A stretch of 64,000 nucleotides of DNA from Capsulimonadaceae bacterium (GTDB lineage Bacteria > Armatimonadota > Armatimonadia > Armatimonadales > Capsulimonadaceae), in contig OZ255823.1 in assembly GCA_965277455.1 (NCBI GenBank), forward strand, positions 2,438,250 to 2,502,249, read 5' to 3'. Position numbers and translations under genes: made by a program. This document shows positions 58,532 to 64,000 of this stretch, in pieces (position 1 is the stretch's first letter; every line of letters begins with the position of its first letter). Under the pieces are notes generated by a model. It was not told the DNA's origin, made no database searches, and worked only from the letters and a program-made list of their open reading frames with translations.

Positions 58532-60397
58532 ATGATCATTTCCCCGAAACCTGCCGGACGGCCCGACCGCTACCAGCCCCCGCCGGAGCGCCCGCAATCG
58601 CGCCGGTCGGCAACGCAGCGGGCATGGGGGTTCGGGCTTGTCATCGCCCTGCTGTTCTTTGGCCTCCTCAGCCGCCTGTGGTTCCTGCAAGTCGTTCACG
58701 GCGATGATTTCAAGGACGCCGCCGCCGCCAATCAGGCGCGGCGCATCCGCACCCGCGCCCCACGCGGGGCGATTGTGGACCGAAACGGCGTTCTGCTTGC
58801 CGCAAACCGGCCCCGGCTGGCAATTTATGCCGTCCCCGCCGTCGCCAAAGACCCCGCAGAGCTGGCGCAGCTGGCCGCGCTGATCCACGTCACCCCGGAC
58901 GAGATCGCGCAGACCATCGCAGATACCAAACAGAACCCCTATGACCCCCTGCGGATTGCCTTAGATGTGCCGCTCTCTACCATCACGCAGATTGAAGAAA
59001 ACCGGCCCTTCCTGCCAGGCGTCTCCACGCAGCCCGAGCCGGTGCGCTGGTATCCGAAAGGCGATTTAGCCGCGCATCTGATTGGCACGATGGGCCGCAT
59101 TAATGCCGATGAGCTGAAGGACGCCCGCACACAGGGCTACGCGGGCTATTTCACTGATGACTTTCTGGGCAAAACAGGGATCGAAGACGCCTACGAATCG
59201 TACCTGCGCGGTCGGCCCGGCGGGACCGACGTGCAGATTGACGCGCACGGGCGGACGGTGCAGCGAATGGCCGCGCAGGAGGCCGCACCGGGCGGGACGG
59301 TGCATCTGACGATTGATGCCGGGGTACAGGCGGCGGGGGAGCGGGTCTTCAAAGAGCATAACTTCGTGGGGGCCGCCGTCGCGCTTGACCCGCGCACCGG
59401 GGCGGTGCTGGCGATGGTCTCCGCGCCGACCTTTGACCCGAACAAGTTTGCCACGGGGATTACGTCCAAAAACTGGGCACCTATCCATGCCGACCCCACG
59501 CACCCACTGATTGACCGGGCCATCGACGCGATGTATCCGCCCGGCTCGACGTTTAAACCCGTGGTCGCGGCGGCGGGCCTGGAGACCGGCGCGATTACAA
59601 CGCAAAGCCGGGTCTACTGCACCGGCTCATACCATCTGGGCCGCGCCCGGTTCGGCTGCTGGGAGGTGCATGGGGACACGGACTTCACCAAAGCCATCGC
59701 GCAGTCGTGCGACGTGTTCTTTTATGTCGCGGGCCGCAAAATTGGGCCGGACAAAATTGCTTATTATTCCAAGAAGTTCGGGCTGGCCGAGAAGACCGGG
59801 ATTGACCTGCCGGAAGACATTGGGACCATCCCCTCCCCCGCCTGGAAGGCAAAGCACTTCAAGCGGCTTGGGCCGCAGTATTCGGACTGGTTTCCCGGCG
59901 ACACGCTCCATATGTCTATCGGGCAGGGCGATGTGCTGACGACGCCGCTGCAAATGGCGCGGGTGGCGGCGGCGCTGGCAAATGGCGGGAACGTTTTGAC
60001 GCCCTACACGGTTGCTAAAATCACAGACGGCGACACGGACGCGGTGCGGTTCGAGGCTGCGCCCAAAATCGTGCGCCATGTGCCGGTGAGCGCGGCCAAC
60101 ATGGAGGCCGTCCGGCGAGCGATGCGGGCGACGGTGACCAATGGCACAGGGAAAATCGTCAGCTTTAAGGACCTGGCCGTGGCCGCCAAAACGGGGTCCG
60201 CGCAGACGCAGGGCAATTCCAAGACGCACGGTTTGTTTATCTGCTTTGCCCCCTATGACCATCCGACCATTGCGATTGCCGCGATTGTGGAGCATGGCGG
60301 GCACGGCGGGGACACGGCGGGGCGGGTAGCCCGCGCCATGCTGCAATCCTATTTCCATCTGAAAGACACAGGCGGCGCGTCCAGCCGGAGCGACTGA
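58532..60397 (+). CDS. mrdA: Class B penicillin-binding protein (PBP2-type D,D-transpeptidase)
   Basis: N-terminal TM helix. Motifs STFK, SIGQG and KTGS(A). Confidence 0.8.
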   Translation: MIISPKPAGRPDRYQPPPERPQSRRSATQRAWGFGLVIALLFFGLLSRLWFLQVVHGDDFKDAAAANQARRIRTRAPRGAIVDRNGVLLAANRPRLAIYAVPAVAKDPAELAQLAALIHVTPDEIAQTIADTKQNPYDPLRIALDVPLSTITQIEENRPFLPGVSTQPEPVRWYPKGDLAAHLIGTMGRINADELKDARTQGYAGYFTDDFLGKTGIEDAYESYLRGRPGGTDVQIDAHGRTVQRMAAQEAAPGGTVHLTIDAGVQAAGERVFKEHNFVGAAVALDPRTGAVLAMVSAPTFDPNKFATGITSKNWAPIHADPTHPLIDRAIDAMYPPGSTFKPVVAAAGLETGAITTQSRVYCTGSYHLGRARFGCWEVHGDTDFTKAIAQSCDVFFYVAGRKIGPDKIAYYSKKFGLAEKTGIDLPEDIGTIPSPAWKAKHFKRLGPQYSDWFPGDTLHMSIGQGDVLTTPLQMARVAAALANGGNVLTPYTVAKITDGDTDAVRFEAAPKIVRHVPVSAANMEAVRRAMRATVTNGTGKIVSFKDLAVAAKTGSAQTQGNSKTHGLFICFAPYDHPTIAIAAIVEHGGHGGDTAGRVARAMLQSYFHLKDTGGASSRSD

Positions 60398-60423
60398 CCC
60401 TGCGGGGAGTTGATGAGAAGATT

Positions 60424-61119
60424 ATGCTTTACGAACTGCGCCATTATGACATTCGAAGCAGCCGGGGCCTGGACTTGGTCACCGCTCGCTTCGGCGAGCA
60501 CGTTTTGCCAATCTGGGACCGGATCGGCATCCATCATGTCGGTTTCTGGTCGATATTAGTCGGCTCGCCCAGCCCCCGGCTTACTTATATGCTGGCCTGG
60601 GAAGATTTGGCCCAGAGGCAGGCGCTGTGGGATACATTTGAGGCGGATGAGGCCTGGAAAAAAGCGCGGCGTGAGGCTGTAGAAGACTGGAACGGCAATC
60701 AGACGCATACAATCACCAGCACGATTTTGAAGCCGACGGAGTTTTCCCGGCAGCCGAAACAACACAATCAGCCTGCGCGGCTGGCGGGTGGTCTCTTTGA
60801 GCTGCGGACATACTACTTTGACGACATGACAAAGCTCAGTCAAACTTTGGAAGCGTACAATACGCAGCTTGCCCCGGCGTTTGAGAAGCACGGGCTGTTT
60901 GCGATGGGCTACTGGACCACATACATCGGCGAGTCGCCCCGTCTGACATATATGCTCGTCTTTGAGAACCTGGCCCACCGGGAGCGGGCCTGGGCCTCGT
61001 TTTACACCGACCCGCAGTGGCCCGCCCGGCAGGATTGTTTGTACCCGGACGGGCAGCCTCTGATTTCGCGTATTGATAGCTGCCTGATGAAAGGCACAGA
61101 CTTTTCCGGCTGGCAGTGA
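60424..61119 (+). CDS. NIPSNAP family protein (two NIPSNAP-like halves)
   Basis: MLYELRHYDI...RLTYMLAWEDLAQR, repeated as LFELRTYYF...RLTYMLVFENLAHR. Confidence 0.7.
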   Translation: MLYELRHYDIRSSRGLDLVTARFGEHVLPIWDRIGIHHVGFWSILVGSPSPRLTYMLAWEDLAQRQALWDTFEADEAWKKARREAVEDWNGNQTHTITSTILKPTEFSRQPKQHNQPARLAGGLFELRTYYFDDMTKLSQTLEAYNTQLAPAFEKHGLFAMGYWTTYIGESPRLTYMLVFENLAHRERAWASFYTDPQWPARQDCLYPDGQPLISRIDSCLMKGTDFSGWQ

Positions 61120-61166
61120 CCGCATGGGATCGCCTCCCTGCCCCCAATTCTGGCGTACCCCCGACA

Positions 61167-61308
61167 GAGCCACGGGTTAAAACCCGAGGCTCGGAAGTGC
61201 CCAGTGTCCCAGAGGACACAAGACAAGAACAAGATAGGCTCCGCACCAACGGTCTTGCGTCCCCTGGACGCTGGGCTTTTGGCAGCCTCGGGTTTCAACC
61301 CGTGGCTT
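61167..61308. mobile_element. REPIN/MITE-like element, family B copy 3 (core inverted relative to B2)
   Basis: Same arms as B2. The internal ends CGGAAGTGCCCAGTGTCC... and ...CGTCCCCTGGACGCTGGGCTTTTGGC equal the reverse complement of the B2 core. Confidence 0.9.
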
Positions 61309-61933
61309 CCTTTCCGGCTCCTTGTACAGTCTTCAGCCAGTCCGCCGCTGCCAGCGCCTCGGCGCGGGTCAGGGCGTGGCCGCCCTCTTCCCAGTGCGCC
61401 GTGACATCGGCCCCGTATCCCCGAAGCAGAGTCAGCAGTCGCTCGGTTTCGGCGATTGGAATCAGAGGGTCCCGGCGGCCTGCACCGACAAAGACGGGCG
61501 TTCCTGTGAGGTCCGGCGGCGTCTCCGGGACCAGCGGAACCATCGGGGCAAGCAGCACGGCGGCCCGCAGAACGCCGGGATGAAGCAGAATCAGGCTGCC
61601 TGCGATGTTTGCGCCATTCGAAAAGCCCGCCGCCGTCACTCGCGCTGCGTCAAAGCCATACTGGTCAGCGGCGAGGGCGACAAACTCGGCCAGGGCGTGC
61701 GTTTGGGCGATTAAATCCGGCACATCAAAGACCCCCTCGGCCAGCCGCCGAAAAAAGCGCGGCATTCCCCGTTCCAGCACTCGCCCTCTTGGCGACAGCA
61801 AATTAGCCTCCGGCAGAAGCAATGCGCCGAGCGGAAGCAGATCGTTTTCGTTGCCGCCCGTGCCATGCAGGAGCAGCAGCGTATCGGCGTCGGCGGGATT
61901 TGGGGCAGGCTGCCAGCGGTGGGTGAATGTCAC
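61295..61933 (-). CDS. Alpha/beta hydrolase (phospholipase/carboxylesterase family)
   Basis: GTG start. LLLLHGTGGNENDL, nucleophile elbow GFSNGAN, late H in GGHAL. The last three codons and the stop lie inside repeat B3. Confidence 0.8.
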   Translation of the reverse strand: MTFTHRWQPAPNPADADTLLLLHGTGGNENDLLPLGALLLPEANLLSPRGRVLERGMPRFFRRLAEGVFDVPDLIAQTHALAEFVALAADQYGFDAARVTAAGFSNGANIAGSLILLHPGVLRAAVLLAPMVPLVPETPPDLTGTPVFVGAGRRDPLIPIAETERLLTLLRGYGADVTAHWEEGGHALTRAEALAAADWLKTVQGAGKEATG

Positions 61934-61951
61934 TTGTTTGTTACCTAAGAT

Positions 61952-61986
61952 CGCCCGGCGGCCCCATATTTTGGGACCGCCGGGCG
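61952..61986. terminator. GC-rich hairpin between yceI-like gene end and hydrolase gene start
   Basis: CGCCCGGCGGCCCCA-TATTT-TGGGACCGCCGGGCG (15-bp arms, 1 mismatch). There is no U-tract on the minus strand. Confidence 0.35.
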
Positions 61987-62011
61987 TGTGTATTTCTCAC
62001 GGAACGCAGAA

Positions 62012-62704
62012 TTACCTGGCCGCGTTGGGCTTGGGCAAAGTGGCTTCGGCGGACAGACGGATGGTGACGTCATCGGCGAGCTGCGGGGAGCCGTCGGGCA
62101 TTTTGTGGTCCCAGGTGATGCCATAGTCTTTGCGGCTGATGGTGATGGGGTCGGCGACCATGCCAATTCGTGTGCCGCCGAAGGGGTCCTGCACGGGGCC
62201 GGAATAGCGGAACGGGATAGACACCGGATGCGATTCGCCCTTCATGCTTAGCGTGCCGTCGGCAACATAATGGTTACCGTCTTTGTGGATATGGCTGCTG
62301 GTAAAAGTCAGCGTCGGGTACTTGGCGGCATCAAAGAATTCGTCCGACTTCAGATCGGCGTCACGCGGGGCGACATTGGTGTCAATGGAGGCGATCTGCG
62401 CGGTGAGGGTGACGCTGGATTTGGATGGGTCGGCGAAATCCGCCACAATCTGCCCGGCTTTGTCATCGAAGCGGCCCTGCACTTTGCTCAGGCCCATGTG
62501 CTGAATCTCAAAGCCGAGGGACGTGTGCATCGGGTCGATGATGTATGTCCCGCTCGGGGCATTGATTCCCACATGGGCTGTGCCAAGCTGTCGCGGCGCG
62601 GGGAAGGCCGGGCCGGGAGAAAGCAGCAGAACGGCGGCTCCGGCGGCGGTCGTACTGACGGTGAGAAGGAGTGCGCCCAGTGTGCGCTTGTGTGTCGGTG
62701 TCAT
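62012..62704 (-). CDS. YceI family periplasmic protein
   Basis: Signal peptide, then YIIDPMHTSLGFEIQHMGLSKVQGRF and LTAQIASIDT. Confidence 0.85.
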   Translation of the reverse strand: MTPTHKRTLGALLLTVSTTAAGAAVLLLSPGPAFPAPRQLGTAHVGINAPSGTYIIDPMHTSLGFEIQHMGLSKVQGRFDDKAGQIVADFADPSKSSVTLTAQIASIDTNVAPRDADLKSDEFFDAAKYPTLTFTSSHIHKDGNHYVADGTLSMKGESHPVSIPFRYSGPVQDPFGGTRIGMVADPITISRKDYGITWDHKMPDGSPQLADDVTIRLSAEATLPKPNAAR

Positions 62705-62734
62705 GGTGTATTCCTTTGTGTATATGTGCCTGTC

Positions 62735-63361
62735 TTATTTGGTCTGTGTCATGCCAACGGCTTTGAGCGCTTTGGCAACCTGGGCAACGCGGCGGCCCTG
62801 GAAATGGGCGACTTCCAGATCGTCGGCAGTCGGCGGGGCATTGCCCTGGCCGGCGACGGCGGAGGCGCCGTAGGGCGTTCCGGCTTTGAACAGAGTCGGA
62901 TCGGCATAGCCCAGCGGGACGATGACCATGCCCAGATGCACCATCGGATTGTACATCGAGAGGATGGTCGATTCGTTGCCGCCGTGCGGGGACGACGTGG
63001 AGGTGAACGCGCTGCCGACCTTGCCGTTTGTTTTGCCCTGGAACCAGAGGCCGCCGAGCGAATCGATGTAGGCTTTCAGCTCGGAGGAAATTGTACCAAA
63101 GCGGGTCGGCGTGCCGAAGATGATGGCATCGGCCCCTTCGGCGTCGGCGGCTGTCGGGGCTTCGTACTTGGCGTTCATGGCGTCCGCGCTTTCGGCCCAG
63201 CCGTCGGCATGGGCCATGACTTCGCGGCTGACGATTTCACGGGCGCGGCGCAGTGTGACAACCGCGCCTTCGGACTTCGCGCCCTCGGCGATGGCGTTTG
63301 CCAGGGCCTCGGTGCTGCCGTTGCGGGAATAAAACGCGATCAAGATTTTAACGGGTTCCAT
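62735..63361 (-). CDS. wrbA: NAD(P)H:quinone oxidoreductase, WrbA-type flavodoxin-like
   Basis: KILIAFYSRNGSTEALANAIAEGA and IIFGTPTRFG. Confidence 0.9.
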   Translation of the reverse strand: MEPVKILIAFYSRNGSTEALANAIAEGAKSEGAVVTLRRAREIVSREVMAHADGWAESADAMNAKYEAPTAADAEGADAIIFGTPTRFGTISSELKAYIDSLGGLWFQGKTNGKVGSAFTSTSSPHGGNESTILSMYNPMVHLGMVIVPLGYADPTLFKAGTPYGASAVAGQGNAPPTADDLEVAHFQGRRVAQVAKALKAVGMTQTK

Positions 63362-63393
63362 CGGTGTCTCCTTGTTGTTGTCGAAAGTTGTCT

Positions 63394-63858
63394 TTATTGC
63401 AATGCAGGGATCGGCTCGCCAGTGGCTTCCTGCTTGGGCAGCACCAAGCGACCGAGCGCCAGACGGCCCGGTCCCGCCACAATGATAACCAGCGCCAGCA
63501 GCAGCAGGGTCAGGGGGTGTTCAAAGCCGCCCTTTGTGCCATCGTAGCCATTTTTCAGATGGACTAGGGAAATGGCCCCCAGCATAATCAGCAGTTCGCC
63601 AGCACTGGCGATGCGGCTCAGGACGCCAAACAAGATGCCGAGGCCGCCCAGAAACTCGCCGTAGCCGACCAGTGCGGCCACGGCCAGCGGCTGATGCGTG
63701 AACCCGGAAAACCCCGCCAGACCGGGACCACCAAATGCGCTAAAGGCAATCTGTGCGCCGTGGAAGATAAAGGGCAGAGCCAGGGCGATCCGGGCAATCA
63801 GCAGGGCGGCGTCCACGCCGGGCCGCTCGGTGGTGGTGGTTGGTGAATAAACACTCAT
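63394..63858 (-). CDS. DoxX family membrane protein
   Basis: 154 aa with 4 TM helices. ALPFIFHGAQIAF...GGPG is a DoxX-like layout. SD GAGGAG lies upstream. Confidence 0.75.
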   Translation of the reverse strand: MSVYSPTTTTERPGVDAALLIARIALALPFIFHGAQIAFSAFGGPGLAGFSGFTHQPLAVAALVGYGEFLGGLGILFGVLSRIASAGELLIMLGAISLVHLKNGYDGTKGGFEHPLTLLLLALVIIVAGPGRLALGRLVLPKQEATGEPIPALQ

Positions 63859-64000
63859 TGTTGTCTCCTCATATAGTATATTTTCTAAAGCGCACTACTT
63901 TTTAACGCGCTCCGATACCGTAATAATAGCCGATTGAGGTTAGTTCCCGCTTCCGGCACATTTTTTTTGTTTTTGGTGTTAAGTATTTTATGGACCATTC

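Noticed and set aside
57809-58888. 359-aa minus-strand ORF spanning the PBP1A tail, element F and the PBP2 start
   Set aside because: It is antisense to two well-supported PBP genes and crosses a palindromic repeat. The translation is low-complexity.
41745-61308. Possibility that the repeated 25-nt sequences form a CRISPR array
   Set aside because: The copies are in inverted pairs, kilobases apart and intergenic, not regularly spaced direct repeats. No cas genes are present.
1-64000. Search by eye for tRNA, rRNA, integrase, transposase or prophage genes
   Set aside because: I found none. The intergenic regions are occupied by palindromic repeats, promoters and terminators. This is only a visual scan, so tRNAscan/Infernal would be decisive.

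Overview
GC-rich bacterial chromosomal window with about 45 protein genes. I recognised no rRNA, tRNA, CRISPR array, transposase or prophage genes. All product calls come from reading motifs in the supplied translations; no database search was run. The ORF track uses ATG, GTG and TTG starts and always takes the longest ORF, so I trimmed several starts by hand. Housekeeping genes include recQ, purD, dnaB (interrupted by a 192-codon mini-intein), rplI, an mlaEFD-like operon, pyrE, an Opu-type betaine/choline ABC transporter, class A and class B PBPs, and a DoxX-WrbA-YceI cluster. Two tandem prepilin/DUF1559 (H-X9-DG) genes suggest a PVC-group or Armatimonadota-like host (inference only). The main feature is a 22-kb minus-strand envelope locus (10740-32448). 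It holds two paralogous ~2,600-codon secreted proteins, each with its own TATAAT promoter and TTG start. Downstream lie two CsgG/LpoB-like single-pass proteins with homopolymeric tails, and an LptD/OstA-like outer-membrane barrel carrying an N-terminal Ig-like domain. I flag this as the best candidate for an undescribed surface-display or export module. The second main feature is a dense set of REPIN/MITE-like palindromic elements: at least six sequence families and 12 copies. Nearly all sit exactly at gene 3' ends. Some donate stop codons, and one is a 147-bp in-frame insertion in the 5' end of a transporter gene. Other items are a MITE-flanked orphan N6-adenine methyltransferase cassette, a low-GC islet encoding an S24-like peptidase plus a zinc-ribbon protein, and a truncated Mrr-like nuclease at the left edge.
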